A program made the position numbers and the translations under genes. The notes under the pieces were generated by a model. That model was not told the origin of the DNA, searched no databases, and was given only the letters and a program-made list of their open reading frames with translations. DNA of 64,000 nt from an uncultured Sphingomonadaceae bacterium (GTDB lineage Bacteria; Pseudomonadota; Alphaproteobacteria; Sphingomonadales; Sphingomonadaceae). The stretch is from the NCBI GenBank assembly GCA_947501325.1, contig CANMVC010000003.1, forward strand, positions 37,830 to 101,829. Reading direction: 5' to 3'. Numbering within the stretch: position 1 is the stretch's first letter; each line of letters starts with the position of its first letter. Positions 38,206 to 48,696 of this stretch are shown here, piece after piece.

Positions 38206-39042
38206 TCAGCCGTCGTTTAATGAATTGATCAGCCTGCTCAACTGAAGCTCACCGTCTCTTGTCTGACCGCCATTATCGAGAAATTTCTGCATTTTGGACC
38301 GTGCCTCGGGCATGCGGATAAGCTGCTGAAACAGGAATGACTCTTCGGCCAAGCCCTTATCCAAAGGGCCGGCGGCATTGTTAATCGATTGCTTGGCGTA
38401 TCTTGTCGCTTCGCCGGGGAAGCTGGCAATCCGTTGCGCCAATGCGCCCACCTTTCCATCAATTTCGTCAGCTGCATAGATCCGGTTGAGATAGCCCCAG
38501 CGCTCGGCTGTTTCCGCATCAAGATCCTCTGCGCCCAATATCACTTCCATCGCCCGCCCGTGACCGATTATGCGGGCAAGATTCTGGGTACCGGTTCCGC
38601 CGGGCAAGATGCCTAGCGGCACTTCCATCTGATTGATCGTTGTTTTCCCCCGAACCCCGAAACGCATGTCCATATTTGAGATAATTTCGTTGCCGCCACC
38701 GCCAACGCGCCCTTCGACCTGCGCGATCGTGACCTTGTCCATCGTGCGAAAGCGCTGACACATGGCATGGAACGGATTGGGCTCCATACCGCGTTCTGCG
38801 GGGCCATCAACGGGCATCGACAATATGAGCGCGACATCAAAATGCGCCATGAAAAATTCCGGGTCGGCGCTTTTGAACAAAATGACGGTCAAATCAGGAT
38901 CGGCCTCTAGCTCTTCGGCCAATGCCATCCATTCGCCAAAAAGCTTTTGCGTGATCAGATTAACCGGCGGATTGGATATAACCACCTCGGCCAATCTGTT
39001 GGTTTTGTCGACCGCGAACAGGTCATAATCATAGGCCATCAT
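38206..39042 (-). CDS. Enoyl-CoA hydratase/isomerase (crotonase) family protein
   Basis: 278 aa. Crotonase-fold pattern (ISNPPVNLIT..., FKSADPEFFMAHFD, VEGRVGGGGNE). Confidence 0.8.
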   Translation of the reverse strand: MMAYDYDLFAVDKTNRLAEVVISNPPVNLITQKLFGEWMALAEELEADPDLTVILFKSADPEFFMAHFDVALILSMPVDGPAERGMEPNPFHAMCQRFRTMDKVTIAQVEGRVGGGGNEIISNMDMRFGVRGKTTINQMEVPLGILPGGTGTQNLARIIGHGRAMEVILGAEDLDAETAERWGYLNRIYAADEIDGKVGALAQRIASFPGEATRYAKQSINNAAGPLDKGLAEESFLFQQLIRMPEARSKMQKFLDNGGQTRDGELQLSRLINSLNDG

Positions 39043-39081
39043 TGGTCCTCACCGTTTCGCGACAATCCGTCGCCATAGGAT

Positions 39082-39672
39082 TTACTTTCGCAGCAAAAAC
39101 ACCGCGTGCTCAGCAAGCAGATTGGCCATCGCCCGGCTCGTCTGTTTATCACCGCTCAGGAACCATTCTCCCTGCTGCTTCAGCTTGCCATCGCGCACCA
39201 AAGCACGGAAATCGTCGATCGTCACATGGTGGATATTGGGTGTATCATACCAGGTCTGCGGCAACAGCCGGGTGACCGGCATCCGGCCGCCGACAAGCAG
39301 CGACATGCGTACGCGCCAATGGGCGAAATTCGGAAAGCTGACAAAGGCCTGCTTGCCGATACGTAGCAATTCTTCAAGAATGGCATTGGGCCGGTGGGTG
39401 GTTTGCAATGTCTGGCTCAGGATCGCATAGTCGAAACTGCCATCGGGATAGGCCGACAGATCCGTATCGGCATCGCCCTGCACTACAGAGAGGCCTTTGC
39501 TTACCGCGCTGGCCACATTGGCCGGGTCGATTTCCAGACCCCGCGCGTCGACCTTTTTTTGGTCGCGCAGAGCCGCCATCAACGCGCCGTCCCCGCAACC
39601 GATATCAAGCACACGGGCATTGGGGCTGATATTGTCAGCGATAATCTGCAGATCGGGCCGGAGCTTGCTCAT
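39082..39672 (-). CDS. metW: Methionine biosynthesis protein MetW
   Basis: 196 aa. MSKLRPDLQIIADNI..ARVLDIGCGDGALM...FDYAILSQTLQ. Lies immediately downstream of metX. Confidence 0.9.
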   Translation of the reverse strand: MSKLRPDLQIIADNISPNARVLDIGCGDGALMAALRDQKKVDARGLEIDPANVASAVSKGLSVVQGDADTDLSAYPDGSFDYAILSQTLQTTHRPNAILEELLRIGKQAFVSFPNFAHWRVRMSLLVGGRMPVTRLLPQTWYDTPNIHHVTIDDFRALVRDGKLKQQGEWFLSGDKQTSRAMANLLAEHAVFLLRK

Positions 39673-39826
39673 GCTTTGTCCAACGACGCGCTAGCGTCAA
39701 TTGAAGGAGATGTTCGTTCGCGCGAAGACGCGAATGCGCAAAGAGTGAAGGACTGCCCCATCTTTTCGCGTCGTCGTGTCTTCGCGCGCAAACCAGATAA
39801 CGGCAGATAATATGCGTGACCTTCGG

Positions 39827-40951
39827 TCATCCTGTTTCCCCCGCCTTCAAAAACCCGTCTACAATCCGGTTCATTTCGGGATTTTCCAGCAGGAAACTGT
39901 CATGACCAAAGGCGCTCGACAATTCGACAAAGCTGGCCGCTGCCCCAGCTGCATTAAGTGCATGCACGATGGTCCGCGATTCGCTGGTGGGGTAAAGCCA
40001 ATCCGTGTCAAAGCTGATCAGACAAAAACGCGTCTTGGATCCCTTGAACGCATGCGCGAGCGTTCCGCCATGGGCTTCGGCCAGATCAAAATAGTCCATC
40101 GCGCGCGTGATGTAGAGATAGCTGTTCGCATCAAAGCGATCGACAAAGCTGATCCCCTGATGCCGCAAATAGCTTTCGACCTGAAAATCGGCATCGAAGC
40201 CGAAAGTTTTGGCTTCCCGGTCCTGCAAACGCCGACCGAATTTTTCGGTCAGTCCCGCTTCGGACAGATAGGTAATATGCGCGGCCATGCGCGCCACGGC
40301 GAGACCGCTGCTCGGCGGATCATCATCGGCATAATAAGCCCCGCCGCGCCAGCGCGGATCGGCCATGATCGCCTGGCGCCCGACTTCATGAAAGGCGATA
40401 TTTTGCGCCGAATGCCGCGCGGCCGATGCAATAATCACCGCTGATTTCACACGCTCGGGATAAAGCGCAGTCCAGCTAATCGCCTGCATTCCGCCCATTG
40501 ACCCGCCGATGACGGCATGAAGTCGTTCGATGCCGAGATGGTCGAGCAGCAGAGCCTGCGCGCGAACCATATCGGCAATGGTCAGCACCGGAAAATCCAT
40601 CCCCCACGGTTTTTCCGTGGCGGGATTGATGGTCGCAGGCCCTGAAGATCCCATGCAACTGCCAATCACATTGGCGCAGATGACGAAATGCCGGTTGGTA
40701 TCAATGGGTTTCCCAGGGCCAACCATATCCGTCCACCAGCCACCTTTGCCGGTAAGCGGGTGGGTAGAGGCCACATATTGATCCATGGTCAGCGCATGGC
40801 AAATCAGGACCGCATTGCTTACATCCGCGTTGAGCGAGCCATAAGTCTCGTAGGCAAGCTCCACAGGTGCCAGTTCGCCGCCACTATCCAGCGGTAACGG
40901 GCCCAGCAAGCGGACGCTTTTATCCAATCCAAAACGCGCATCTTCACTCAT
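39827..40951 (-). CDS. metX: Homoserine O-acetyltransferase
   Basis: 374 aa. Alpha/beta hydrolase with GGSMGGMQA (nucleophile elbow) and the ICHALT... N-terminal pattern. Confidence 0.9.
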   Translation of the reverse strand: MSEDARFGLDKSVRLLGPLPLDSGGELAPVELAYETYGSLNADVSNAVLICHALTMDQYVASTHPLTGKGGWWTDMVGPGKPIDTNRHFVICANVIGSCMGSSGPATINPATEKPWGMDFPVLTIADMVRAQALLLDHLGIERLHAVIGGSMGGMQAISWTALYPERVKSAVIIASAARHSAQNIAFHEVGRQAIMADPRWRGGAYYADDDPPSSGLAVARMAAHITYLSEAGLTEKFGRRLQDREAKTFGFDADFQVESYLRHQGISFVDRFDANSYLYITRAMDYFDLAEAHGGTLAHAFKGSKTRFCLISFDTDWLYPTSESRTIVHALNAAGAAASFVELSSAFGHDSFLLENPEMNRIVDGFLKAGETG

Positions 40952-41064
40952 AAATTCAGTGGCTAAGGCCCGATTCGCCGCCGGTCAAACGATATTGCGG
41001 TTGACTGACAAGCTGTGACGGCTAGTCCGGCTGCATATTCAGATACAAGCATTGAGAGTCTGTT

Positions 41065-42171
41065 ATGGGAAATCAAACACCACAGCCAAAAGACTGGATC
41101 CTGGACATAGCCGCTTATGTCCCCGGTAAAGCCGGTAGCGATGATGGCAAAAAGCTGATCAAATTGTCGGCCAATGAAAATCCGCTGGGCTGCAGCCCGG
41201 ACGCGACCCATGCGATGAAAGCCGCTGCCGCCAGCGTGGATCGCTATCCTGATGGCGGTTCCAATGCCTTGCGCGCGGCCATAGGGACCAAATATGGTCT
41301 CGATCCTGCGCGGATTATCTGTGGCACGGGTTCCGATGATGTGTTGCAACTGGTCGCCAACGCCTTCACCGGACCGGGCGATGAAGTTATCTATGTGCGC
41401 TATGGCTTTGCGGTCTATGAAATTGCCGCCAAGCGCTATGGCGGCACACCAGTGGTTGCCGATGATAGCGACTATGGCACAGATGTCGATGCGATACTCG
41501 CCAAGGTTACCAACAAGACCAAGCTGATCTATCTGGCAAACCCCAATAATCCGACCGGTACATTAATCGGCGCGGCCGAGGTGCAGCGTCTGCATGACGC
41601 GCTGCCTGGCAGCGTTCTGCTGGTGCTGGATGGAGCTTATGCCGAATATTTGGAAAGCGATGAAGATGATGGCGCGCTGGAGCTGGCCAAGACAGCATCC
41701 AATGTCCTCATGACCCGAACCTTTTCCAAGATTCACGGGCTAGCCGCCGAACGCATTGGTTGGGGCTATGCTTCTGCGGCGATTATCGACGCGATGAACC
41801 GTATCCGGCAACCGTTTAATGTCACAACCGCCGGCCAGGAGGCTGCGCTGGCAGCATTGGCCGACGATGATTTCGTAAAAAACAGCCGCGATCATAACCG
41901 CATATGGCGCGACTGGATGACCAGCGAGATTGCAGCGCTGGGCAATCACGGGCTGCGGGTCATTCCCTCCCATACCAATTTCCTGCTGGTATTGTTTGAA
42001 GGCGCGCTCTCGGCAGAGGCCACAAACAACGCTCTGATGGACAAAGGCTATGTTGTGCGCTGGCTGCCCGGACAGGGTCTCGTCAATGGGCTGCGCATCA
42101 CCATCGGCACCGAAGAAGAAAACCGCGGCTTCATGGACGCCCTGCGCGGGATATTGGAAGCTGCCGACTGA
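41065..42171 (+). CDS. hisC: Histidinol-phosphate aminotransferase
   Basis: 368 aa. [21 protein letters not shown] and the [15 protein letters not shown] lysine motif. Confidence 0.9.
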   Translation: MGNQTPQPKDWILDIAAYVPGKAGSDDGKKLIKLSANENPLGCSPDATHAMKAAAASVDRYPDGGSNALRAAIGTKYGLDPARIICGTGSDDVLQLVANAFTGPGDEVIYVRYGFAVYEIAAKRYGGTPVVADDSDYGTDVDAILAKVTNKTKLIYLANPNNPTGTLIGAAEVQRLHDALPGSVLLVLDGAYAEYLESDEDDGALELAKTASNVLMTRTFSKIHGLAAERIGWGYASAAIIDAMNRIRQPFNVTTAGQEAALAALADDDFVKNSRDHNRIWRDWMTSEIAALGNHGLRVIPSHTNFLLVLFEGALSAEATNNALMDKGYVVRWLPGQGLVNGLRITIGTEEENRGFMDALRGILEAAD

Positions 42172-43079
42172 TGCTGCCTTTTGCAAATATTACGATTATC
42201 GGCCTGGGGCTAATCGGGTCATCCATAGCCCACGGCGTCAGGGCCAATATGCCTTCTGCGCGCATTACCGGTTATGACGTGGACCCGGCCGTCCGCGCCC
42301 GGGTGCAAGAGCTTGGCTTTTGCGATGACGTGTCCGATAGTGCCGGGGCGGCGGTCATTGACGCCGATCTTGTCCTGCTGTGCGTGCCGGTTGGCGCCAT
42401 GGCGTCAATCGCCTCGGACATGGCGGAAGACCTGCCCAAAGACGCGGTTATCAGCGATGTCGGCTCGTCCAAGGGCAATGTGATTGCCTCGCTGCAAGCC
42501 GCCCTGCCCGGCGCGCGGATCATCCCGGCCCATCCCGTCGCTGGTACCGAACATAGCGGCCCGGACGCCGGTTTCGCGACGCTGTTTAACGACCGCTGGT
42601 GCATATTGACGCCGCCGGATGACGCGCAAGAAGGCGATATCGAACGCGTGCGCGCCTTCTGGGAAAAGCTGGGCGCGAATATCGAGATTATGGATGCGAA
42701 ACATCATGATCTGGTGCTCGCAGTGACCAGCCATTTGCCCCATCTCATCGCCTATACGATTGTCGGCACCGCGTCCGATCTTGAAGATGTTACCCGCAGC
42801 GAAGTGATCAAATATTCCGCCGGCGGTTTTCGTGACTTCACTCGCATCGCAGCCTCCGATCCAACCATGTGGCGCGATGTCTTCATGTCGAACAAGGATG
42901 CGGTGCTGGAAATGCTGCAGCGTTTCTCGGAAGACCTGACCGCCCTGCAGCGCGCGATCCGCTGGGACAAGGGCGACGAGCTGTTCGACCTGTTCACCAA
43001 AACCCGCGCCATCCGCCGCCGGATTATCGAAGAGGGCCAGGACGATGCCGCGCCTGATTTCGGCCGGAGTCATGAATAG
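42171..43079 (+). CDS. tyrC: Prephenate/arogenate (cyclohexadienyl) dehydrogenase
   Basis: 302 aa. Rossmann motif IIGLGLIGSSIA, HPVAGTEHSG and SHLPHLIAY. The start overlaps the hisC stop (TGATG). Confidence 0.85.
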   Translation: MLPFANITIIGLGLIGSSIAHGVRANMPSARITGYDVDPAVRARVQELGFCDDVSDSAGAAVIDADLVLLCVPVGAMASIASDMAEDLPKDAVISDVGSSKGNVIASLQAALPGARIIPAHPVAGTEHSGPDAGFATLFNDRWCILTPPDDAQEGDIERVRAFWEKLGANIEIMDAKHHDLVLAVTSHLPHLIAYTIVGTASDLEDVTRSEVIKYSAGGFRDFTRIAASDPTMWRDVFMSNKDAVLEMLQRFSEDLTALQRAIRWDKGDELFDLFTKTRAIRRRIIEEGQDDAAPDFGRSHE

Positions 43080-43764
43080 AATTTGGGATATACCCGTTCA
43101 GCAAGAGCGGCTCGATTGTGGGACCAATATTGCACGCCATCGACATGGATCGGCCTATGCGGCGGTTATACTAAGCGGCGGTTATTATGAAGCCGGAGAT
43201 GCGGGCCGGTGGCATGTCGGTCCCGGCGATGCCTTGATCCATGAACCATTTGAGTCACACAAAAATCTTGTTGAGAAGCCCCATACGGCCATACTCAATA
43301 TGGCATTGCCCGCTGACCATAATCTGCCCTCCGCTTTTCATATTTCGGACCTCGATGCCTTTGTCCGTCTCGCTGGAAAGGATTTGCAGGCGGCATTGGC
43401 TTTGCTGCAAGGCCGTGGCGGACTGGTGCCGTCACTGAATGACTGGCCCGACATGCTTGCCGCGTTGATAAAGCAATCACCGGATCAGAGCATCCACCAT
43501 TGGGCAGAAGAAATCGGCATCAATCCCAGCACGGTCAGTCGCGGGTTTCGCAAAGCTTTCGGGGTAAGCCCCTCCCGATATCGTCTGGAGTATCGTGCGC
43601 GCAAAGCCTGGAAGGCAATTTTGGAAACTAGCAATTCTCTATGCGACATCGCTCTCCAATGCGGTTTTTCTGATCAAGCCCATATGACACGGTCCGTAGC
43701 TTTGGTGACTGGTGCAACGCCGTCCATCTGGCGCAAGATCAAATATGTTCAATACGGCGGTTAG
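43072..43764 (+). CDS. AraC-family transcriptional regulator (cupin-like N-domain)
   Basis: I prefer ATG 43072, which overlaps the tyrC stop region. The C-terminal HTH is ...IALQCGFSDQAHMTRSVALVTGATPSIWR. Confidence 0.75.
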   Translation: MNRIWDIPVQQERLDCGTNIARHRHGSAYAAVILSGGYYEAGDAGRWHVGPGDALIHEPFESHKNLVEKPHTAILNMALPADHNLPSAFHISDLDAFVRLAGKDLQAALALLQGRGGLVPSLNDWPDMLAALIKQSPDQSIHHWAEEIGINPSTVSRGFRKAFGVSPSRYRLEYRARKAWKAILETSNSLCDIALQCGFSDQAHMTRSVALVTGATPSIWRKIKYVQYGG

Positions 43765-43823
43765 ACTGGCTGGTAGTTCTGGAACGTAAGGCACGTTTGC
43801 CTGCAATACCGGGAATGCCGTTT

Positions 43824-44873
43824 ATGACAAAAACAATCATGCTGCTGCTATCGCTGATTGCCAGCGAAGCTATGGCATCAAAGAACCAGATAGCTGCTCC
43901 TGAAGCCATAATTTCAGAAGCCACTGGCGCCATTGGCGTGCTTGATGGGGCCCGGGCGATCAGGCTGCTCAAGGATCATCCCCCATCGGTTTTCAATACC
44001 GACGATACCGCGCTGCGAAAATGCATTTTGAACCGTTTAGACCTCAAGCAGAAAGTGGCCATACCGGAGCAGATAGAGTCGCCGATCATTCGCCAGATAT
44101 TCCAGTCCTATATGATTTATTGGCGGGCCAGCATGAACGATAGTTCAAACATCGCTGCCTATCACGGCGCGCTGGTTCAGGATTTGCAAAACGCTATTGG
44201 CAGACCCGATTTAGCAACGATTGAAGACATTGAACCGGTTTTGCAGAAACTCCTGTCCGAGGCTGGTTATCATTCCCTGCAGGGGCGCACTGGCCAGCTC
44301 CGCGAGCTTATGGTCTGGACCGACCAGAAAGAACGAACTTATAAAGTAAGGCTGCCGGAAGGCGTACAAAGCACACGGGTCATGATGATGGACAATTTCA
44401 TCAGCTTTGGCTGGTATGGCTATCATAGCTGCGAACGATCAAAAACCGGCGGCTGGGCAACAAAGGATATGATCCATTTAGTCGTTCCCGCCTATAAGAG
44501 TCTGGATGACGAAAGTTTCAAAGTCAGCTTCCTCGCCCATGAAGCACAGCATTTTTTGGATAAAAATCGCTTCGCTGATCTCGACGGTTGGGAGTGGGAA
44601 TATCGCGCCAAGCTGGTTGAACTGGCCTTGGCTGACGTAACGCGGGAAAAACTGTTGAAACGTTTTGCAAGAAGCCAGAGCGACGACATCCAATCGTCGC
44701 ACGGCTATGCAAACAAACAGGTGCTGTCCGATCTCCGTACCCATTTGCAAGTGGATGATGCTACCGCGCTTCTCGCCGTACCGAGCGAGCAATTGCAGCA
44801 GGCCGCCTTGCAATTGCTTAAGGCAGATACGAAACGTAGGACGGCACGCGGTCAAGCAGAAGCGACAGAGTGA
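43824..44873 (+). CDS. Hypothetical secreted protein with an HExxH motif (possible metallopeptidase-like fold)
   Basis: I prefer ATG 43824 (MTKTIMLLLSLIASEAMA signal peptide). Contains a single HEAQH motif (SFLAHEAQHFLD). AT-richer than its flanks. The 3' end overlaps the convergent transporter gene by 56 nt. Confidence 0.55.
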   Translation: MTKTIMLLLSLIASEAMASKNQIAAPEAIISEATGAIGVLDGARAIRLLKDHPPSVFNTDDTALRKCILNRLDLKQKVAIPEQIESPIIRQIFQSYMIYWRASMNDSSNIAAYHGALVQDLQNAIGRPDLATIEDIEPVLQKLLSEAGYHSLQGRTGQLRELMVWTDQKERTYKVRLPEGVQSTRVMMMDNFISFGWYGYHSCERSKTGGWATKDMIHLVVPAYKSLDDESFKVSFLAHEAQHFLDKNRFADLDGWEWEYRAKLVELALADVTREKLLKRFARSQSDDIQSSHGYANKQVLSDLRTHLQVDDATALLAVPSEQLQQAALQLLKADTKRRTARGQAEATE

Positions 44874-46416
44874 TGATCGCTAGGGTAAACAGACCAAGCC
44901 CTGCCGAGATCGACATGACCGTGCGGCGCGGCGGCAGGTCCAGCTCTGACAGCAAGGGTGCGCCCATCGGTGATGGTTTTGCCCTGGCGAAAGACAGCAG
45001 CCACGCCGCCCCGACCGTCACCAGTAACCCGATGACATTCCACCACATCCAGAACAGGTCCGGCTGAAACCTCCACAGATAGAGATTGAAAAATAATCCG
45101 GCGAGAAAGCCGATATTGATGTTCCGCGCGCTGCGCTGCCGCGACAATATCGCCATCAGGAATACGCCCAGGACCGGCCCGTACAGCGCCGATCCCACCT
45201 TGTTAACCGCTTCGATCACCGTATCGGCAATATCGCCAGCAAAAGCGGAGAAAAACAGGATCAGCGCGCCCCAGAACAAGGCGGCAAGCCGCGCCGTCAT
45301 CACTTCCTGTTTTGCGCTTTTTGCTTTCCAGCCGAACGCAGCGAGATCCTCGATCGATATGGCTGACAGGGAATTGACCGCGGAACTCAGTGTCGACATC
45401 GCCGCCGACATGATCGCGATCAGCAGCAGACCAATAATGCCGTGCGGCAGATATTCTAGGATGAAGAGCGGCATCAGATAGTCTGGCCGATCCGCCGGGA
45501 TCAGCGCCAGAAAATCCGGATTGGCCGCGGCTGCGACGCCGATGGCGAGGCCGGTAATGCAGTATAATAATGTGATCGGAAAACGCAGCAAGCCATTGGC
45601 GATCAACAGCTTCTGGATATCACCGATGCTTTTTGCCGACAGCGACCGCTGCGCCTGCGTCTGATCACAGGCATAATAGGACGCATATAGCACGAAGCCG
45701 CCGAACAGCATGGGCAGCAGCGCAAATTCATCCGTCACCAGCCCCGCAAAGCTCCAGTCGACGACCCGCAGCCGCCCGGGATCAACATTGGTCCAGATCG
45801 CGTCAAAGCCGCCAATCGCGGGCAGCGCGTAAGACAGACAGACCGCGAGCCCGAACACGACCAGAATCATCTGGACCGCATCAGCATAAACCACCGCCTT
45901 GATCCCGCCGAGCAGGGAATAGATCAAAGTGATGATGCTGATGACAAGAACCGATTGCAGAAACGGGATCCCGAGCACGGCCTCGATAATGATCCCGGTG
46001 GCGTACACCATGACGCCCGTGCCAAAGGCGCGCACGATCTGAAACGCAATACTGATGATCAGCCGGGTCGAGCGGCCATATTGCCGTTCCAGATAATCAT
46101 AGATGCTGATCACCCCGGAACGGTAAAGCGCCGGCACGATGACAAACATCACCAGCAGCATTGCGAGCGGCAGGGCAAATTCAAAGGTCAGCCATTTGAG
46201 CCCACCCCCCTCGCGCAGGCCGACAAAGGCGGGCGCAGAGATGAAGCTGATCGCAGAGAGCTGCGTTGCCATGGCTGAGAGAGACAGGGGAAACCAGCCG
46301 AGCGACTTGTTGCCGAGAAAATAATCGCCTTCGCTGGACTGGTTGCGCAACAAGACCCCGAAGCCCAGCATGACCGCGAGATAGGCCGCGACCACCAGAT
46401 AGTCGAGACTGTTCAT
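44818..46416 (-). CDS. Sodium:solute symporter (SSF) family transporter
   Basis: 532 aa with about 13 TM segments. N-terminal pattern DYFLGNKSLGWFPLSLSAMATQLSAISFISAP. Confidence 0.85.
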   Translation of the reverse strand: MNSLDYLVVAAYLAVMLGFGVLLRNQSSEGDYFLGNKSLGWFPLSLSAMATQLSAISFISAPAFVGLREGGGLKWLTFEFALPLAMLLVMFVIVPALYRSGVISIYDYLERQYGRSTRLIISIAFQIVRAFGTGVMVYATGIIIEAVLGIPFLQSVLVISIITLIYSLLGGIKAVVYADAVQMILVVFGLAVCLSYALPAIGGFDAIWTNVDPGRLRVVDWSFAGLVTDEFALLPMLFGGFVLYASYYACDQTQAQRSLSAKSIGDIQKLLIANGLLRFPITLLYCITGLAIGVAAAANPDFLALIPADRPDYLMPLFILEYLPHGIIGLLLIAIMSAAMSTLSSAVNSLSAISIEDLAAFGWKAKSAKQEVMTARLAALFWGALILFFSAFAGDIADTVIEAVNKVGSALYGPVLGVFLMAILSRQRSARNINIGFLAGLFFNLYLWRFQPDLFWMWWNVIGLLVTVGAAWLLSFARAKPSPMGAPLLSELDLPPRRTVMSISAGLGLFTLAIITLSLLLDRVPSYVSYLP

Positions 46417-46523
46417 AAGGGTTGTGTTTTTACCCGGACGATACCCACCAATTGCTTTATTGCGATTTCAAGCATCCATCTTAGACGATGATCGTGAATT
46501 TGGTCCAGTAGCAGAAACGATAT

Positions 46524-47213
46524 TCAATCATTCAAAACATTGATCGCCGCATGCACGCGGTCACGAATATCGTCGCGGTCGAGGCCCGGTTCGATTTCCG
46601 GTTGCACTTCATAGGTAATCACACCGCTGTTTTGCACAAATGTGTCGCGCGGGGAGACAAGGCCGCTGTTGAGCGCCACCGGCACCAGCGGCAGGCCCAT
46701 CAGCTTGTAGATGCCGGCAAATCCGGTCTGCAATTCTGGCCGCTCTCCATGATGGGCGCGGCTGCCTTCGGCGAAAATGACGATCGGGCGGCCTTCGGCA
46801 ACCGCTTTTTTGGCCTGTTTGATAATCTGACGCATGGCCGCGCCACCGCCATTGCGGTCAATACCCAAAAGCCCGTGCTTTTTGGCGATCCAGCCCCAGA
46901 GCGGAATGACGAGCAGCTCTTTCTTGGCAATTACCACCGGCTTGTCGAAAATCCGCAGCAGGTCAATCGTCTCGAACATGCTTTCATGTTTGAAGACATA
47001 AAGCAGCGGTTCGTTGCGGATTTCGCCCTTTATCTCGACCTTGATACCGAGAATGAAACGCGCGCAGAAATAGTGATACCGGCTCCAGACTTGCGCCATA
47101 TAGTGGGTGCCGGATTCTGAAAATACCGCGACGATAAACGCCAAAATGATGATCGGCGTCGAGCCGCCATAGAATAGCGGAATGAACAGGATCGACCGGA
47201 TTTTTGCCAACAT
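46524..47213 (-). CDS. plsC: 1-acyl-sn-glycerol-3-phosphate (lysophospholipid) acyltransferase
   Basis: 229 aa. KHESMFETID (an H-x4-D/E block variant) and the FAEGSR block. Confidence 0.8.
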   Translation of the reverse strand: MLAKIRSILFIPLFYGGSTPIIILAFIVAVFSESGTHYMAQVWSRYHYFCARFILGIKVEIKGEIRNEPLLYVFKHESMFETIDLLRIFDKPVVIAKKELLVIPLWGWIAKKHGLLGIDRNGGGAAMRQIIKQAKKAVAEGRPIVIFAEGSRAHHGERPELQTGFAGIYKLMGLPLVPVALNSGLVSPRDTFVQNSGVITYEVQPEIEPGLDRDDIRDRVHAAINVLND

Positions 47214-47215
47214 GC

Positions 47216-47749
47216 TTAAACCCCCGCCAAAGCGGCCAGACGCCGCATGAGATATTTGTTATATTCCTTGAACAAAGTGCTGAGGGACGGCGCGCTCGGA
47301 ACCGCGTCAGATATGATCTTGATATCCGTCGGCACGGCCCGCTCCAGTTCAAGCTTGGCGCGGCGCATATGCCAGTCCGATGTCACCAGCCGCAGCGATG
47401 TGTCTTCGCGACGGGCGGTCCAGCGTGCTGTTTCCAGCGCATTGGACCGCGTGTCCACAGCCTGGAACCCCAGATCAATGCAGCACTCAAACAAATCATT
47501 CGGACGATCATATTCAGCCGCCAGTTCTCCGGGTTTCACATCACGATCCACGCCCGATATTAGCAAATGCCCGGATTTCTTCGCTTCCAGTATCTGCAAG
47601 GCATGTTCAATCCGCTTGGGACCGCCAGTCAGGACGACGATGGAATCCGTCCGCACGTCATCTCCCGCTGGACGCGGCAAATCTACTGCAAACCAGACAA
47701 AGCCGATCATCCAGAACAGCAGCAAAAAACAGAAGAAACGAAGGATCAT
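47216..47749 (-). CDS. DUF218 (YdcF/ElyC/SanA-like) protein
   Basis: 177 aa. N-terminal TM, then IVVLTGGPKRIEHAL...LLISGV and TSDWHMRRA. Confidence 0.7.
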   Translation of the reverse strand: MILRFFCFLLLFWMIGFVWFAVDLPRPAGDDVRTDSIVVLTGGPKRIEHALQILEAKKSGHLLISGVDRDVKPGELAAEYDRPNDLFECCIDLGFQAVDTRSNALETARWTARREDTSLRLVTSDWHMRRAKLELERAVPTDIKIISDAVPSAPSLSTLFKEYNKYLMRRLAALAGV

Positions 47750-47758
47750 ATGGTGTGA

Positions 47759-48685
47759 CTACAATATTTTTCTGAGCGCGCCCATGACCGTCATGCGCGC
47801 AGTCACCATCGCAAGTGTCATTCCCAATATCGGAACCGCGCCGATAATCAACCAGCTATACCAGGATAGCCCCAACGATTGCACCAACCCGGAGCCGAGC
47901 GCAGAAAGCTGCATGCCCAGCAACAGGATGATCGCCGTGCCGCAAATCAACCCCAATAGCCCGCCGAGTAGCGCATCGAGCGCAATGCGCCGCTGAAAAA
48001 GGCGGCTAATCTGTCTGTCGGTGCCGCCGAGCAGATGAATCACCCCGATGGTTTCCTTATGCGTGTTGAGCGCAGCGCGGGCGGATATGATCACGGCTGC
48101 CGCTGTTGCCATAGCGAGCAATGCGACGAGACCAAAAGCGATCCATTGCAGCGACTGGACCAGCGCAATGACGGGTGCAATCAAGCCGCTGCTGGGTTCT
48201 ACGCGGGCGTTGTCCGCCAAGGGCCTGATCGCTGCGCGCAACGATTCCAGCTCTTCTGAGCCGGCCGGGCGTACCAGTTTCAGATCAATCAAGGCCGGCA
48301 GCGGAATATCTTCCAGCAGGCTGCTGCCTTCACGGCTATCGGCTGCTCCAGCGGTCTGCCCCAACCACGGTGCAATTAACTCTTCAATCTCTTCGGGTGG
48401 CAAGACGCGTACTTCCTCAACCAGCGCCATGCCACGCAGGCGGGCTGCTGCGTCATTGGCCTGCTGCGCCTTGATATCCGGGTTGGCTTGAACGATCTGA
48501 ACCGTCGCGCGACTGGACAACTGATCGGACACGTTTTGACCCGCTTCGGCAAAGGCCAGACCGGTGGCAGTCGCAAGAACCATCAGGAAAATCATGATCG
48601 CAATGACCCAGGGCATGGGCCCGGACAAGCGTCCTTCCGGGATCAGACGGCGATCATGGCCAGGAATGACAAAAAAGCTCAACAT
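47759..48685 (-). CDS. ftsX: Cell-division ABC transporter permease-like protein FtsX
   Basis: 308 aa. A TM, a periplasmic domain, then three C-terminal TMs. Lies immediately downstream of ftsE. Confidence 0.85.
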   Translation of the reverse strand: MLSFFVIPGHDRRLIPEGRLSGPMPWVIAIMIFLMVLATATGLAFAEAGQNVSDQLSSRATVQIVQANPDIKAQQANDAAARLRGMALVEEVRVLPPEEIEELIAPWLGQTAGAADSREGSSLLEDIPLPALIDLKLVRPAGSEELESLRAAIRPLADNARVEPSSGLIAPVIALVQSLQWIAFGLVALLAMATAAAVIISARAALNTHKETIGVIHLLGGTDRQISRLFQRRIALDALLGGLLGLICGTAIILLLGMQLSALGSGLVQSLGLSWYSWLIIGAVPILGMTLAMVTARMTVMGALRKIL

Positions 48686-48696
48686 CGTGCCGCCAC

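Noticed and set aside
40952-41064. Possible SAM-II (or other SAM) riboswitch in the metX 5' leader, as is common in alphaproteobacteria.
   Set aside because: I could not find the conserved AAAG...GCUAAAA-type core or a convincing pseudoknot by eye. Only a small GGC-cuua-GCC hairpin is present. A covariance-model scan (Rfam SAM-II, SAM-V, SAM/SAH) would settle it.
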